From positions 32,001 to 96,000 of the forward strand of contig CAWHCQ010000021.1 in the NCBI GenBank assembly GCA_963827755.1: a stretch of 64,000 nucleotides of DNA. The letters run 5' to 3'. The translations under genes were made by a program, and so were the position numbers. The notes under the pieces were generated by a model. That model was not told where the DNA came from, did no database searches, and was given only the letters and a program-made list of their open reading frames with translations. Position 1 is the stretch's first letter; each line of letters begins with the position of its first letter. This stretch comes from an uncultured Gammaproteobacteria bacterium (GTDB lineage Bacteria > Pseudomonadota > Gammaproteobacteria > UBA9214). Shown piece by piece: positions 34,280-45,888 of this stretch.

Positions 34280-35608
34280 ATGTCGGAAATGACCCCCAGA
34301 GAAATCGTCCAGGAACTGGACAAGCACATTATCGGCCAGGATGCGGCCAAGCGCGCCGTGGCCATCGCCCTGCGTAACCGCTGGCGGCGGATGCAGGTGG
34401 ATGAGCCGCTGCGCGCCGAGATCACCCCGAAGAACATCCTCATGATCGGCCCTACAGGGGTCGGCAAGACCGAGATCGCGCGCCGCCTGGCCAGGCTCGC
34501 AGGGGCACCGTTTATCAAGGTCGAGGCCACCAAGTTCACCGAGGTCGGCTACGTCGGGCGTGATGTGGAATCCATCATCCGCGACCTGGTCGATATGGCC
34601 GTCAAGATGGAACGTGAAAGCGCTGTCTCCAGGGTGCAAACCCGCGCCGAGGATGCCGCCGAGGAACGCATCCTCGATGCCCTGCTGCCGGCCGCCCGCA
34701 GCCTGGCAGGAAATGACCAGGTCAGGGATACGTCCGAAACCCGCCAGAAATTCCGCAAGCGCCTGCGTGAAGGCACGCTGGATGACACCGAGATCGAGGT
34801 CGAGGTCTCGGTAACACCGCTGGGTGTTGAGATCATGGCGCCACCCGGCATGGAGGAAATGACCAGCCAGCTGCAGGGCATGTTTCAGAACATCGGCGGC
34901 GACCGCACCAAGACACGCAAGCTGCGTATCAGGGACGCACGCAAGCTGCTCTGCGATGAAGAAGCCGCGAAAATGATCAACGAGGAAGACCTGAAACTCG
35001 GTGCGCTGGAAAATACTGAACAGAATGGCATCGTCTTCATTGACGAACTCGACAAGGTGACCCGGCGCAGTGACAGCAGTGGACCGGATGTCTCGCGCGA
35101 AGGCGTACAGCGTGACCTGCTGCCGCTCGTGGAAGGCTGTACGATCTCAACCAAGCACGGCATGATCAAAACCGATCACATCCTGTTTATCGCATCCGGC
35201 GCCTTTCACCTCTCCAAACCCTCGGACCTGATCCCGGAACTGCAGGGCCGCATGCCGATTCGTGTAGAACTTGACGCACTCGGTGCCAGGGAATTTGCGC
35301 GCATCCTGACAGAACCGGATGCCTCGCTGACCGAGCAATACATTGCATTGATGAATACCGAATCGGTCAGCCTGCAATTCGCAAAGGACAGCATTGACCG
35401 CATTGCGGAAATCGCCAGCCAGATTAACGAGCGCAGTGAAAACATCGGCGCGCGCCGCCTGCATACCGTGATGGAGAAACTGCTTGAAACCATCTCCTTT
35501 GAGGCCACAGACAAGCCCGGCAGCAGCATCACCATCGATGCCGGCTACGTCAGTGAGCACCTCGATGCGCTGGTAGAGGATGAAGACCTGAGCCGGTATA
35601 TACTCTGA
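34280..35608 (+). CDS. hslU: ATP-dependent protease ATPase HslU
   Basis: [26 protein letters not shown]. Confidence 0.98.
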   Translation: MSEMTPREIVQELDKHIIGQDAAKRAVAIALRNRWRRMQVDEPLRAEITPKNILMIGPTGVGKTEIARRLARLAGAPFIKVEATKFTEVGYVGRDVESIIRDLVDMAVKMERESAVSRVQTRAEDAAEERILDALLPAARSLAGNDQVRDTSETRQKFRKRLREGTLDDTEIEVEVSVTPLGVEIMAPPGMEEMTSQLQGMFQNIGGDRTKTRKLRIRDARKLLCDEEAAKMINEEDLKLGALENTEQNGIVFIDELDKVTRRSDSSGPDVSREGVQRDLLPLVEGCTISTKHGMIKTDHILFIASGAFHLSKPSDLIPELQGRMPIRVELDALGAREFARILTEPDASLTEQYIALMNTESVSLQFAKDSIDRIAEIASQINERSENIGARRLHTVMEKLLETISFEATDKPGSSITIDAGYVSEHLDALVEDEDLSRYIL

Positions 35609-35702
35609 CAGCACCTCGATGCGCCTGGCAGCTGCCTGCGCTTCGCAAAAGATACAGGAAGAGAATGATGCCTGTCCCGGGCAAGGCTGCTGCTCTGCCC
35701 TG

Positions 35703-35727
35703 TTGAAAAGCTGCTGGCAGGCCCCGA
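35703..35727 (+). promoter_or_regulatory. possible sigma32 promoter
   Basis: TTGAAA-N13-CCCCGA upstream of the DUF971 gene. Confidence 0.35.
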
Positions 35728-35751
35728 CACTTACAGAATGGTACAGAGATC

Positions 35752-36120
35752 ATGACGGATACACCCAAACCAACCGAGATAAGCCTGCACAAGAAGTCCA
35801 GAATACTGGAAGTTGCCTTTGCAGATGGTGAACGCTTTGAATTCAGCTGCGAGTTCCTGCGGGTGCATTCACCCTCTGCAGAAGTGCAGGGCCATGGACC
35901 CGGGCAGGGGGTTTTGCAGGTTGGCAAGGAAGACGTTGCCATCACCCGCCTGGATCCGGTTGGCAGTTATGCCATCCAGCCGTCGTTTGACGATGGCCAC
36001 GATACCGGCATCTTCTCCTGGGAAACACTCTATGACATGGGTAAAAACAAGGACAGGTACTGGCAGGAATATCTGCAAAAACTTGAAGCCGCAGGCCACC
36101 GGCGCAAGCAGGCCGACTAG
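35752..36120 (+). CDS. DUF971 (GBBH-like N-terminal) protein
   Basis: EFLRVHSPSAEVQGHG, FDDGHDTGIFSW. Confidence 0.9.
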   Translation: MTDTPKPTEISLHKKSRILEVAFADGERFEFSCEFLRVHSPSAEVQGHGPGQGVLQVGKEDVAITRLDPVGSYAIQPSFDDGHDTGIFSWETLYDMGKNKDRYWQEYLQKLEAAGHRRKQAD

Positions 36121-36269
36121 ACGTGGGCCGGCATCTCCCGCACCGACAAGGCCTTCAACAACAGGCGCAACAACAGCCCGGTGCCTGTTCGGCCGTGTGG
36201 ATGCCTGTTTTTCGATGCATTCCCGGGCGCCATGCGGTAGATTCATGACTGTTTGACAACAACTCTCCT

Positions 36270-37013
36270 ATGCCAGATAAAACCACACATTTCGGATATC
36301 GCGACGTCCCGGTAAAGGACAAGGCGGGACATGTCCGCGAGGTATTCGACTCCGTAGCAGACAACTATGACCTGATGAACGACCTGATGTCGTTCGGCAT
36401 TCACCGCCTCTGGAAACGTTACGCCATCAACATGGCCGGACTCAGGCCGGGACAACGGGTACTCGACCTGGCCGGTGGCACCGGCGACCTGACGCGACTG
36501 ATGGCATCCAGGGTAGGCGACAGCGGTCACGTGGTGCTGTCTGACATCAACGCCGCAATGCTGGCAAAGGGTCGCTCGCTGCTTATCGACCGGGGCGTGA
36601 CCGGCAACGTCAGTTTTGCCCTCGCAAATGCCGAGCAGTTGCCGTTTCGCGACAACCATTTTGACCTGGTAACCATTGCCTTCGGACTGCGCAACGTCAC
36701 AGATATACAACGTGCCCTGGATTCCATGTTCCTCACATTGCGGCCCGGTGGCCGCCTGCTGGTACTGGAATTCTCGAAACCCGCCAGCGCCCTGAAACCG
36801 GCCTATGATTTTTATTCATTCAAGGTACTGCCGAAACTGGGGCGCCTGATTGCAAAGGATGAAGACAGTTACCGCTACCTTGCAGAATCGATCCGCATGC
36901 ACCCGGACCAGCCCACGCTACAGGGCATGATGGAACAGGCCGGCTTCGAGGATTGTGACTACCACAATCTGAGTGGCGGCATTGTTGCCCTGCACAGAGG
37001 CTACAAGTTTTGA
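36270..37013 (+). CDS. ubiE: ubiquinone/menaquinone C-methyltransferase
   Basis: [31 protein letters not shown]. Confidence 0.98.
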   Translation: MPDKTTHFGYRDVPVKDKAGHVREVFDSVADNYDLMNDLMSFGIHRLWKRYAINMAGLRPGQRVLDLAGGTGDLTRLMASRVGDSGHVVLSDINAAMLAKGRSLLIDRGVTGNVSFALANAEQLPFRDNHFDLVTIAFGLRNVTDIQRALDSMFLTLRPGGRLLVLEFSKPASALKPAYDFYSFKVLPKLGRLIAKDEDSYRYLAESIRMHPDQPTLQGMMEQAGFEDCDYHNLSGGIVALHRGYKF

Positions 37014-37095
37014 CGTTCGAGCTGACACATTTCACTCAAGGCCGACTCAGGGCAGTGGTCCTTTTTTTCGTCCTGGTTACGGTGAGACACTCAAC

Positions 37096-37722
37096 ATGAA
37101 ACTGCCAGCGGGTATTATTTCCGGCTTTGAGTCTGCAATCAATCGCTACCTGCGCCTGGACCCGGATGCCGCTGCACGCATGGCCCGACTGGATGGACAG
37201 TGCATCGCCCTTGACCTGCGTGGCCTTGATCTGAAACTGTACGTACTGCCGGGAGAGCAAGGCATCCGCCTTAGAGACCGGTTCGAGGGTGAAGCCGCTA
37301 CCGTCCTGCGAGGTACGCCACTGGGCATGGTGCAGCTGGGCCTGGGTGGCAACACCGGGAAGACTCTGTTCTCGGGTGATGTGCGCATTGAAGGTGATGT
37401 CGAAACCGGCCAGACCTTCAAGGCGATACTCGATGAGATCGATATCGACTGGGAAGAGCAGCTGTCGAAACTGACCGGTGACTTCATCGCACACCGGCTT
37501 GGCAATGCCGCGCGGCAGGTTAGCAGCACCCTGCAGCATGGCCGTGCAACCCTCGAACAGGATATCGGCGAATACCTGCAGGAAGAGTTGCGCGTTCTGC
37601 CGTCGCGGATTGAAACCGAAAATTTCAGCTCGGCTGTAAGCCGAATCGGCATGGATGTGGAGCGCATGGAAGCACGCATCAAACGCCTGAAAAATAACTT
37701 GCAACATAAAAACGGCCAGTAA
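37096..37722 (+). CDS. ubiJ: ubiquinone biosynthesis accessory factor UbiJ (SCP2)
   Basis: INRYLRLDP, DWEEQLS, EYLQEE; between ubiE and ubiB. Confidence 0.9.
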   Translation: MKLPAGIISGFESAINRYLRLDPDAAARMARLDGQCIALDLRGLDLKLYVLPGEQGIRLRDRFEGEAATVLRGTPLGMVQLGLGGNTGKTLFSGDVRIEGDVETGQTFKAILDEIDIDWEEQLSKLTGDFIAHRLGNAARQVSSTLQHGRATLEQDIGEYLQEELRVLPSRIETENFSSAVSRIGMDVERMEARIKRLKNNLQHKNGQ

Positions 37723-37723
37723 C

Positions 37724-39382
37724 ATGATCAGGCCCGCTCAAGTCATTCGCCTGCTGCATATCAACTACGTACTGGTTCGCCACGGGCTTGATGAAATCAT
37801 CCTGGCAACGCATTTGTTCCGCCCGGTCCGCTTTCTTTACTACATCGCGCCCTGGAACTGGGTGCCACGCACGCGTGAACCACGCGGTGTACGCATTCGT
37901 GAAACACTGGAGGAGCTGGGACCGATTTACGTGAAGTTCGGGCAGATACTGTCAACCCGCCAGGATTTGCTGCCGGATGACATTGCCGAAGAACTTGAAC
38001 GCCTGCAGGACCATGTACCGCCGTTCCCCGGCAGCGAGGCCAGGAAAATCATTGAAGCGGGATACGGGCACCCGATCGAGACTGTGTTCCGGAATTTCGA
38101 TGAAACCCCGCTGGCATCGGCTTCCATTGCGCAGGTGCATACTGCACAACTTCTCGACGGCTCCGATGTTGTCATCAAGGTCCTGCGCCCGAATGTTCAC
38201 CAGCACATAACACGCGATATCAGGCTGCTGCATACAATCGCGCGCATGGCAGAACGCTACTGGGAACCGGGACATCGGCTGCACCCGTGCGAGGTCGTTG
38301 CCGAGTTCGAAAAGCATCTCTATGACGAACTGGATCTGCTGCGTGAAGCGGCCAATGCCTCCCTGCTGCGCCGCAATTTCAGCGGCACCAATGTCCTCTA
38401 TGTGCCGGAGGTCTACTGGCCGCATTGCCGCAAGGACATTATGGTGATGGAGCGCATTTATGGCATCCAGATCAGCGACATCGATGCACTGCGCAGCAGC
38501 GGCATTGACCTGAAGTCCCTCTCCGAGCGCGGTGTCGAGATCTTCTTCACGCAGGTGTTCCGGCATAACTTTTTTCATGCCGACATGCACCCGGGCAATC
38601 TTTTTGTTGGTCATGACGGACGTTACATGGCCGTTGACTTCGGCATCATGGGTACATTAAACCCGCTTGACCAGCGCTACCTGGCCGAAAATTTCATGGC
38701 CTTCTTCAACCGCGACTACCGGCGCGTCGCAGAGCTGCATGTTGAATCGGAATGGGTGCCAACGGGCACCCGGGTGGATGAATTCGAATCTGCCATCCGT
38801 ACTGTTTGTGAACCCATTTTTGAAAAACCGTTGAAGGAAATATCCTTCGGCAATGTGTTACTGCGCCTGTTTCAGACCGCTCGCCGTTTTAACATGGAAG
38901 TCCAGCCGCAACTGGTGTTGTTGCAAAAAACACTGCTGAATATCGAGGGCCTGGGTCGCCGGCTGTACCCTGACCTTGATCTCTGGAAAACAGCCAAGCC
39001 GTTTCTCGAACGCACCATGAAAGAACAACTCGGGCCACGCGCCTTGCTGCGCAACATCAAGGAAAGCGTACCGGAGTGGAGTCACAGCTTGCCTGGTATA
39101 CCGGTAATGGCACACCGACTGCTGGAGCAGGCGACAACCGGCAAACTGCAGCTTGAATGGAAGTCCGGTGAAATGAAACGCCTGCGACAGGAAGTCCGCC
39201 GTGCCAACCGCCGCACCATCAGTGCAATTGTCGGCACCGGGCTGATTCTTTCCGCGGCAATCATATATGGCCTGGATGGCTTCGCACCCGCGATGATTCT
39301 GGGTGCACCCCTGCTCACCTGGATACTGGCCGGACTGGGTGTTGCCATTCTACTGGCATGCTGGACCGACGACTCGGCCTGA
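37724..39382 (+). CDS. ubiB: ubiquinone biosynthesis kinase-like UbiB
   Basis: LGPIYVKFGQ, ASASIAQVH, FHADMHPGN, DFGI. Confidence 0.97.
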   Translation: MIRPAQVIRLLHINYVLVRHGLDEIILATHLFRPVRFLYYIAPWNWVPRTREPRGVRIRETLEELGPIYVKFGQILSTRQDLLPDDIAEELERLQDHVPPFPGSEARKIIEAGYGHPIETVFRNFDETPLASASIAQVHTAQLLDGSDVVIKVLRPNVHQHITRDIRLLHTIARMAERYWEPGHRLHPCEVVAEFEKHLYDELDLLREAANASLLRRNFSGTNVLYVPEVYWPHCRKDIMVMERIYGIQISDIDALRSSGIDLKSLSERGVEIFFTQVFRHNFFHADMHPGNLFVGHDGRYMAVDFGIMGTLNPLDQRYLAENFMAFFNRDYRRVAELHVESEWVPTGTRVDEFESAIRTVCEPIFEKPLKEISFGNVLLRLFQTARRFNMEVQPQLVLLQKTLLNIEGLGRRLYPDLDLWKTAKPFLERTMKEQLGPRALLRNIKESVPEWSHSLPGIPVMAHRLLEQATTGKLQLEWKSGEMKRLRQEVRRANRRTISAIVGTGLILSAAIIYGLDGFAPAMILGAPLLTWILAGLGVAILLACWTDDSA

Positions 39383-39490
39383 CAATCAGACATGTAACTG
39401 CCGGCGGGCTACGCGATCACTCCCGCTGTTGCCCTGTTTGTATCTTTGCGCGGAAAATCATACTGTTTAATGAATGCATAGCGTCTGCAT

Positions 39491-40060
39491 TCAACCTGCG
39501 GCCTGGCATGGCGGCCGTTGCAAACCGGCTTCAACCTCGTCGCGCGCCTGCTTGCCTGACAGCACTGCAATCAGTTCAAGCGCAAAATCCATGGCGGTGC
39601 CCGGGCCACGCGATGTAATGACTTTCCCGTCGGTAACAACCGGCTGTTCGACATACTCGAGACCGGGGATCGCATCTGTCTTCAGGCTGCCGGGGAAACT
39701 GGTCGCACGCCTGCCTTCAAGCAAGCCGGCCTCTGCCAGCACAGCGGGTGCGGCACAAATTGCTGCCGTAAATTTATCAGCTTCGCCCATTTGAACCAGC
39801 AAGCGAATAATACGGGCATCGCTCTTCAGGTGATCAGCACCCGGCAGGCCGCCGGGCAACACGACCATGTCGAAATCCTTCTGCAGGGCTTCATCCAGTG
39901 TCATATCAGGAACCAGCAGCATACCCCGGGAAGCCCGCACCGGCTGTTCATCCAGTCCGGCAGTTACAACCTCGATGCCTGCGCGGCGCAGCAGGTCGAC
40001 GATAGTAACGGCCTCCAGCTCTTCGCAGCCCTGCGCTAACGGGACAAGGACGCTTGCCAT
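39491..40060 (-). CDS. DJ-1/PfpI family protein (YajL/ThiJ-like)
   Basis: GCEELEA, LPGG, AICAAP, TSRGPGT. Confidence 0.92.
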   Translation of the reverse strand: MASVLVPLAQGCEELEAVTIVDLLRRAGIEVVTAGLDEQPVRASRGMLLVPDMTLDEALQKDFDMVVLPGGLPGADHLKSDARIIRLLVQMGEADKFTAAICAAPAVLAEAGLLEGRRATSFPGSLKTDAIPGLEYVEQPVVTDGKVITSRGPGTAMDFALELIAVLSGKQARDEVEAGLQRPPCQAAG

Positions 40061-40854
40061 AATCTGTCTCTCCTGTCTTTTAATTCAATCAGCTGTGCAA
40101 CCGGAATTAACGCCACGCCCTGCATGTGCAGGTTGTCGATTTCCTCACGCAGAATTTCCAGGGTCGCCGCATGTGGATGGCCGATGCCCAGCGCCGTCCC
40201 CCGCCTGCGTGCCGTTTCCAGCAACAGGCGAAACTGCGCGCGAATGGCTTCAGGCTCCAGGTCGTTGTCGAGGAATATATTGCGGTCAACGGTCGGAATG
40301 CTATGGATACTTGCAAGTCTGCCTGCCAGCGTCACGCCGGTTGTCCGGCTATCGACAAAAAACAACGAGCCGCGCTGCCTGATTGACTGCATCAGCCAGA
40401 CCATTTTCTCGAAGTGGCGGGTCAGCAAGCTGCCCATATGATTGTTGAGTCCGCTGACATGGGGCACTGCTCCAAGGTCGTGTTGCAGGGTTTCCAGGAA
40501 CTGTTGTCGCGTCATGTCCTGCGTCAGCACGCCCTGTTCCTCCAGGGCCCGTTCATGACCATCCGCCTGCATGGGCAAATGCAACAGCACTTCCTTGTTC
40601 TGCCGGTGTGCCCTGATTGCGAGCGATGCAGTAAAAGGCGCGTGTGGAAGAAAGGCACAGGCAACCGGCCCCGGCAGCTGAATAACGCGCTCGTCCTGCG
40701 CGCCCCGGTTGCCAAGGTCATCGATGATCAGTGCTATTGCAGGCAGTGCGGCCCGAGGCACAGCCGTGGCAGGATTATCAGCAACGACCGCTGCTGAAAT
40801 AAAAACCAGCGATACTGCGAGAAAGAACTGCAGCATGACTGGTCGGGGACTCAT
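40036..40854 (-). CDS. divergent polysaccharide deacetylase (YibQ-like)
   Basis: IIDDLG, HLPMQ, NNHMGS, FVDSRT, IGHP. Confidence 0.92.
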   Translation of the reverse strand: MSPRPVMLQFFLAVSLVFISAAVVADNPATAVPRAALPAIALIIDDLGNRGAQDERVIQLPGPVACAFLPHAPFTASLAIRAHRQNKEVLLHLPMQADGHERALEEQGVLTQDMTRQQFLETLQHDLGAVPHVSGLNNHMGSLLTRHFEKMVWLMQSIRQRGSLFFVDSRTTGVTLAGRLASIHSIPTVDRNIFLDNDLEPEAIRAQFRLLLETARRRGTALGIGHPHAATLEILREEIDNLHMQGVALIPVAQLIELKDRRDRLWQASLSR

Positions 40855-40869
40855 CAGTGCAGCTTGGTC

Positions 40870-42219
40870 CTATTGCATGCGCTGTTGCAGTATCGCGATA
40901 CCCTTGAGCAGGTTCAAGGCCTCATAGAGTGTGTAATCGTCCTTGATCATGGCCTCCCGCTTTTCACCGGCGCTGGCATCCTTATCGGTATCTTCCTTGC
41001 CGGAATTACCCTTGTTGTCATCGGCATCATCATTTCCGTTACCGAGATGGCCGGACAGATCGGCTTCTTTTAATGGTTTGATATTACCCTTGACCGAGGC
41101 GACCTTGACCCGCTCGAGTTCAATATCCGGCGTAATGCCTTCTGCCTGGATCGAACGCCCGTTGGGCGTGTAGTAGCGTGCAGTGGTGAGCTTCAATGCA
41201 GAATCGCTGCTCAGCGGAAGGATTGTCTGAACCGATCCCTTGCCGAAGGTCTTGGAGCCAAGAATCAGTGCACGCTTGTGGTCCTGCAATGCACCGGCAA
41301 CAATTTCCGATGCAGATGCTGAACCCTGGTTTACCAGCACCACTATTGGTGCCCCGTCCATGACATCATCCGGTGTTGCATTGAAGCGCAAGCGTGAATC
41401 TTCAATACGCCCTTCAGTGTAGACGATCATCCCCTTGGTCAAAAAGGCATCCGAAACGGCAACTGCACCGCTGAGAACACCACCGGGGTTGTTGCGCAGG
41501 TCCAGCACCAGGCCCTTGAGCAGACCTTCATTTTCCTTTATCAGATCCTCGATAGCATCGATGACACTCTCCGCCGTCTTCGACTGGAACTGTGAAATAC
41601 GCACGTAGGCGTAACCCGGCTCAAGCATGCGCGACCTGACACTTCTTACCTTGATTACATCCCGGGTGATACTGATATTAAGCGGCTTGTCGAGCCCATC
41701 GCGGATAATGGTAAGTTCAATATCGGTACCCGGTTTACCGCGCATGATCTTGACGGCATCATTCAGCGACATGCCTTTTACCGGCGTATCATCCAGCCGG
41801 ATAATCAGGTCACCGGCCTGGACACCGGCACGCTGCGCAGGCGTATCGTCAATCGGCGCAATGACCTTTACAAAACCATCTTCCATGCCGACCTCGATTC
41901 CAAGACCGCCAAACTCACCGCTGGTACCCACCTGGAGTTCTGTATAGTCCTCTGCGTCGAGATAGGAGGAGTGCGGATCAAGTCCGGACAACATGCCACG
42001 GATAGCATTTTCAATCAGCTCCTTGTCATCGACATCAACTACATAGTCGTTTTTGATTCGGCCGAATACATCCGTGAAGGTACGCAGTTCCTCAATTGGC
42101 AAAGTCACCCGCGCAACTTCGCTATCCCGCTCGGCGAAGACCCCGTGCCCGATCGATATCAGCACCCCTGTAACCAGGCCGGTCAGCAGCAGTAGATAAT
42201 TATGTTGTTTGAATCTCAT
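40870..42219 (-). CDS. ctpA: S41 carboxyl-terminal protease
   Basis: LDPHS, PDZ domain, LDLRNNPGG, SASASEI, GKGSVQ. Confidence 0.93.
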   Translation of the reverse strand: MRFKQHNYLLLLTGLVTGVLISIGHGVFAERDSEVARVTLPIEELRTFTDVFGRIKNDYVVDVDDKELIENAIRGMLSGLDPHSSYLDAEDYTELQVGTSGEFGGLGIEVGMEDGFVKVIAPIDDTPAQRAGVQAGDLIIRLDDTPVKGMSLNDAVKIMRGKPGTDIELTIIRDGLDKPLNISITRDVIKVRSVRSRMLEPGYAYVRISQFQSKTAESVIDAIEDLIKENEGLLKGLVLDLRNNPGGVLSGAVAVSDAFLTKGMIVYTEGRIEDSRLRFNATPDDVMDGAPIVVLVNQGSASASEIVAGALQDHKRALILGSKTFGKGSVQTILPLSSDSALKLTTARYYTPNGRSIQAEGITPDIELERVKVASVKGNIKPLKEADLSGHLGNGNDDADDNKGNSGKEDTDKDASAGEKREAMIKDDYTLYEALNLLKGIAILQQRMQ

Positions 42220-42411
42220 GTGTTTTTGTCCATCCGGAGATAACCGGTTTTTCGCCTTGCCTCAAGGCTCTATCTGTAAAAAATACAGTCCTGTGACCAT
42301 ATCACACGACAGGTTATAGCGGTATCGGCGCCGGCACGAAAAGTCTTCAGCCTGCCGGCTATAATACCGGGGGCAGCTATTGTCTGACACCCGGAAAATA
42401 CAATAATTCCG

Positions 42412-43635
42412 CTACCTGCGACTCGCCCGGTCCTGCGCTTTCAGCGCCCCGGGCTTGCCATAAAACCAGCTGCCCGGATTAAAGGGCCTGCCATCCTTGC
42501 GCAGTTCAAGGTAGAGCCCTGCACGCACCCGCCCGCCACTGCTGCCCGCTGCAGCAATTACCTCGTCGCGATCCACCCACTCGCCAACTTCCTTGTAGAG
42601 GCTGCTGTTCTGCCCGTAGAGCGACATGTAATTATCGCCATGATCGACGATCATCAACAAACCAAAGCCCCTTAGCCAGTCGGCAAAAACAACCCGGCCC
42701 CTGGCAATGACATGCACATCAGCACCGGCAGCCGAGGAAATATGTATACCACGGGAGCGCAATTTTCCGGAAGAATGCTGTTTTCCGTAGTGCATCGATA
42801 TATGGCCTGTCACCGGCCAGGCCAGCTTGCCCTTGAGTGAGCGCAAAGATACATACTCGCCGCCCGCCGGTAGAATATCCCTGATTGCCTGCTGCAGCGA
42901 CTGCACCAGTTGTTGCAGGCGCCGCTCATCCTCTTCCAGCGCAACAAGCTGGTCCGTCTTGCTGCTCAGCCTGTCTTGCAACTGCGCCAGTATTTCGCGC
43001 CGCTTGTCCTGCCGCACACGCAACTGTGAAGATTTCTTCTGCTGCCGCTCGATCAATTCCTCGATCTCGTTACGCTTTAGCGCCTGCTTGTGCTCGATAG
43101 CTGCAAGCCGCTCCAGTGTGGCCCGAATATCTTCCATCGCCTGTGCCCGTGCACGCATGAAGTACTGGTGATAAACCATCAGGCGACCAAGCGCTGCCGG
43201 CTCTTCCTGGTTAAGCAGCAGCTTTATCTGCTCCTGTTTGCCTGTCATGTAGGCAATCTGCAGTTCCTTTTCCAGGATTACCCGTGTTTTTTCCAGGTTT
43301 CTCTGCTCTGCATCAAACTTCCGTTGCAGGTCCACCAGCCCCTTGCGCGCCTGTTCTGCCTCATTGTCGAGACCGCGCAATGTTGCAGTTACAAGGCCGA
43401 TTTCCTTCTCTGCCTTTTCAAGCTTGTCCTGCATGACATCACGCTGGCCACGCATCTCTACAAGTTCATTCTTTAGCGCGCTGATGCGCTCGCGCAGCTG
43501 CTCAAGCTTTTCGGTATGTGCGGCCCGGGGTGCTTCAGTGGCATGCACTGTACCGGCAAGGAAAAACACCAGCAGGAGGACAACAGAAAAACCGCTCCCG
43601 GGTGATGTATGAAACATACGCACCGGGACAGTCAT
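42412..43635 (-). CDS. envC: murein hydrolase activator EnvC
   Basis: Signal peptide, coiled coil, degenerate M23 domain (ADWLRGFG, LYLELR); gpmI-envC-ctpA order. Confidence 0.88.
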   Translation of the reverse strand: MTVPVRMFHTSPGSGFSVVLLLVFFLAGTVHATEAPRAAHTEKLEQLRERISALKNELVEMRGQRDVMQDKLEKAEKEIGLVTATLRGLDNEAEQARKGLVDLQRKFDAEQRNLEKTRVILEKELQIAYMTGKQEQIKLLLNQEEPAALGRLMVYHQYFMRARAQAMEDIRATLERLAAIEHKQALKRNEIEELIERQQKKSSQLRVRQDKRREILAQLQDRLSSKTDQLVALEEDERRLQQLVQSLQQAIRDILPAGGEYVSLRSLKGKLAWPVTGHISMHYGKQHSSGKLRSRGIHISSAAGADVHVIARGRVVFADWLRGFGLLMIVDHGDNYMSLYGQNSSLYKEVGEWVDRDEVIAAAGSSGGRVRAGLYLELRKDGRPFNPGSWFYGKPGALKAQDRASRR

Positions 43636-43679
43636 CCGGACAAGGTCAAGCAGGGAGGTACTGAAAAATTTCGCCGGTT

Positions 43680-45314
43680 TCAGGCACTTCTGCCCTGGAC
43701 TTCAGCTGTAGCGGTCGGCTGACCGGTATCAGCGCTGGCAGGGAGCAATTCAATCAACGGTGTACCTGTCATTTCCGGTGGTATTTCCATATTCATCAGG
43801 TACAACATACTCGGTGCAATATCCGAGAGTGCACCATTCTCTGCGATTTGTGCCGGTCTGCCAATATACACCAGCGGCACCAGGTTGGTTGTATGCGCCG
43901 TGTGCGCCTGCCCGGTTTCACTGCTCAGCATCATTTCTGCATTACCATGGTCCGCCGTTATCAGCATCTCGCCGCCTGCTTTTTGCAGTGCAGTGCAGAT
44001 CCGTCCGAGTGCTGCGTCAATCGCCTCTATAGCCTTGACCGCAGCGTCAAACTTGCCGGTATGACCAACCATGTCGGGGTTGGCGTAATTACAGATAATA
44101 ACGTCATAGACGCCTCCCTCGATCGCCGCCACGAGATTATCGGTAACCTCGGGTGCGCTCATCTCCGGTTGCAGGTCATAGGTCGCCACCATCGGTGACT
44201 TCACCAGGATGCGATCTTCACCCTCAAACGGTGCTTCCCGGCCGCCATTGAAGAAGAAAGTGACGTGCGCATATTTTTCGGTTTCGGCCAGCCGCAACTG
44301 CCGCAAGCCCTGCGCGGCAATATATTCGCCAAAGACATTTTTCAGCCGTTCGGCCGGGTAGGCAACGGGAACATCGAATTCCGAATTGTATTCAGTAAGG
44401 CTTACAAAGCCGGCAAGCTTCGGCCTGGCTATACGTTCGAAGCCGTCGAAATCCGGCTCGATAAACGGACGGGTGATCTGGCGGGCACGATCCGAGCGGA
44501 AGTTCATGAAGATGACAACATCGCCGTCCTCTATCTGCACCGGCTGTGCGCCCGGCGGCACGATAGCCGTGGCCTTGACGAATTCATCGCCTTCGTCACG
44601 CGCGTAGGCCATGATCAGCGCAGTCTCCGCGTCTACCGCCTGGTACTCCGCCACACCGCGGGTGATCAGTTCATAGGCGGCCTGGATGCGCGGCCAGCGG
44701 TGATCGCGGTCCATCGCATAGTAACGCCCGATGATGGAGGCAAAGCGGCAACCCGGCAGTTCTTTAAATACCTCCTCCATAGCCTGGATGGTAGACTTTG
44801 CACTGCGCGGCGGCGTATCCCGGCCGTCCATGAAGGCATGCAGATAAACCTTGCTGGCGCCCTGTTGTGCCGCGAGCTTCACCATCGCATGAATATGCTC
44901 TTCATGGCTGTGCACGCCGCCGGGAGACAGCAGGCCCAGGATGTGAACCGCATTGCCGGTTGCGACCGCCTTGTCCACGGCGTCGGTCAGGGTTTGATTG
45001 CTGAAGAATGACCCGGTCTTGATGGCGCGGCTGACACGGGTAAATTCCTGGTACACCACCCGTCCCGCGCCCAGGTTTAAATGTCCCACCTCGGAGTTAC
45101 CCATCTGGCCCGCCGGCAAACCCACGGCAGCGCCGGAGGTACGAATCAGGCTCGCCGGGTAGTGCTTCCAGAGTCTGTCCCATACCGGGGTATTGGCAGC
45201 CGCGATCGCATTGTTTTGCGTCGTCTCGCTATAGCCCCAGCCATCGAGAATCAGCAGCACCAGCGGCCTGGCTGCCGCCTTGTCTGTAGACCTGGATGAT
45301 TGCTGCTCAGTCAT
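43680..45314 (-). CDS. gpmI: 2,3-BPG-independent phosphoglycerate mutase
   Basis: [40 protein letters not shown]. Confidence 0.98.
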   Translation of the reverse strand: MTEQQSSRSTDKAAARPLVLLILDGWGYSETTQNNAIAAANTPVWDRLWKHYPASLIRTSGAAVGLPAGQMGNSEVGHLNLGAGRVVYQEFTRVSRAIKTGSFFSNQTLTDAVDKAVATGNAVHILGLLSPGGVHSHEEHIHAMVKLAAQQGASKVYLHAFMDGRDTPPRSAKSTIQAMEEVFKELPGCRFASIIGRYYAMDRDHRWPRIQAAYELITRGVAEYQAVDAETALIMAYARDEGDEFVKATAIVPPGAQPVQIEDGDVVIFMNFRSDRARQITRPFIEPDFDGFERIARPKLAGFVSLTEYNSEFDVPVAYPAERLKNVFGEYIAAQGLRQLRLAETEKYAHVTFFFNGGREAPFEGEDRILVKSPMVATYDLQPEMSAPEVTDNLVAAIEGGVYDVIICNYANPDMVGHTGKFDAAVKAIEAIDAALGRICTALQKAGGEMLITADHGNAEMMLSSETGQAHTAHTTNLVPLVYIGRPAQIAENGALSDIAPSMLYLMNMEIPPEMTGTPLIELLPASADTGQPTATAEVQGRSA

Positions 45315-45319
45315 AAGTA

Positions 45320-45334
45320 TTAGACTTATTCTAA
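45320..45334. promoter_or_regulatory. palindromic operator candidate between gpmI and arsR
   Basis: TTAGA-CTTAT-TCTAA. Confidence 0.35.
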
Positions 45335-45489
45335 ATCAAACCCTGGCACGACGCCAGCGCACCCTCGAAGCGGATCGGCACTCACGGCCCACCCTCCTCC
45401 CTCTATCCCGAACGGTTTATTATTGTATAATGTTTTAGTAATGAATGCAGTAAGCTGCGAATTATAACGGGATTTAAGGGGCAAGGCGC

Positions 45490-45807
45490 ATGGTCGCAAG
45501 CAGTGAGATATTGATTACACGCGAAGAAGACATCGAGCGCGCCTCGCGCTCGCTGAAGGCCATGTCGCACCCGCTGCGCCTGAAAATCCTCTGCACCCTG
45601 GGAGACCAGGAAATCAGCGTCCAGGATATCGTCGAGCGTGTCGGGACCTCGCAGAGCAATATTTCACAGCATCTCGCCATCTTGCGTGACAAGGGCATAC
45701 TGGCATCCCGCAAGGATGCCAACCGCGTCTACTACCGTGTTGGTGATAGCCGCACCCTGCGCCTGATCAGCATGATGCGTGAAGTCTTCTGCAGCCGACC
45801 GGATTGA
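45490..45807 (+). CDS. ArsR/SmtB regulator, BigR/SqrR-like
   Basis: LKAMSHPLRLKILC, SQHLAILR, C-terminal VFC; Cys35 and Cys101. Confidence 0.85.
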   Translation: MVASSEILITREEDIERASRSLKAMSHPLRLKILCTLGDQEISVQDIVERVGTSQSNISQHLAILRDKGILASRKDANRVYYRVGDSRTLRLISMMREVFCSRPD

Positions 45808-45888
45808 TGTCCGGGTTTATCCCGGCAATTACCAGAACCGGCACTTCGCCCGATACTGCGCCCCGATCCACGTAACTCACAGTCTCGT

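Noticed and set aside
42292-42306. TGTGA-N5-TCACA upstream of ctpA as a CRP site
   Set aside because: Spacer is 5 bp rather than 6; may bind another factor but unsupported
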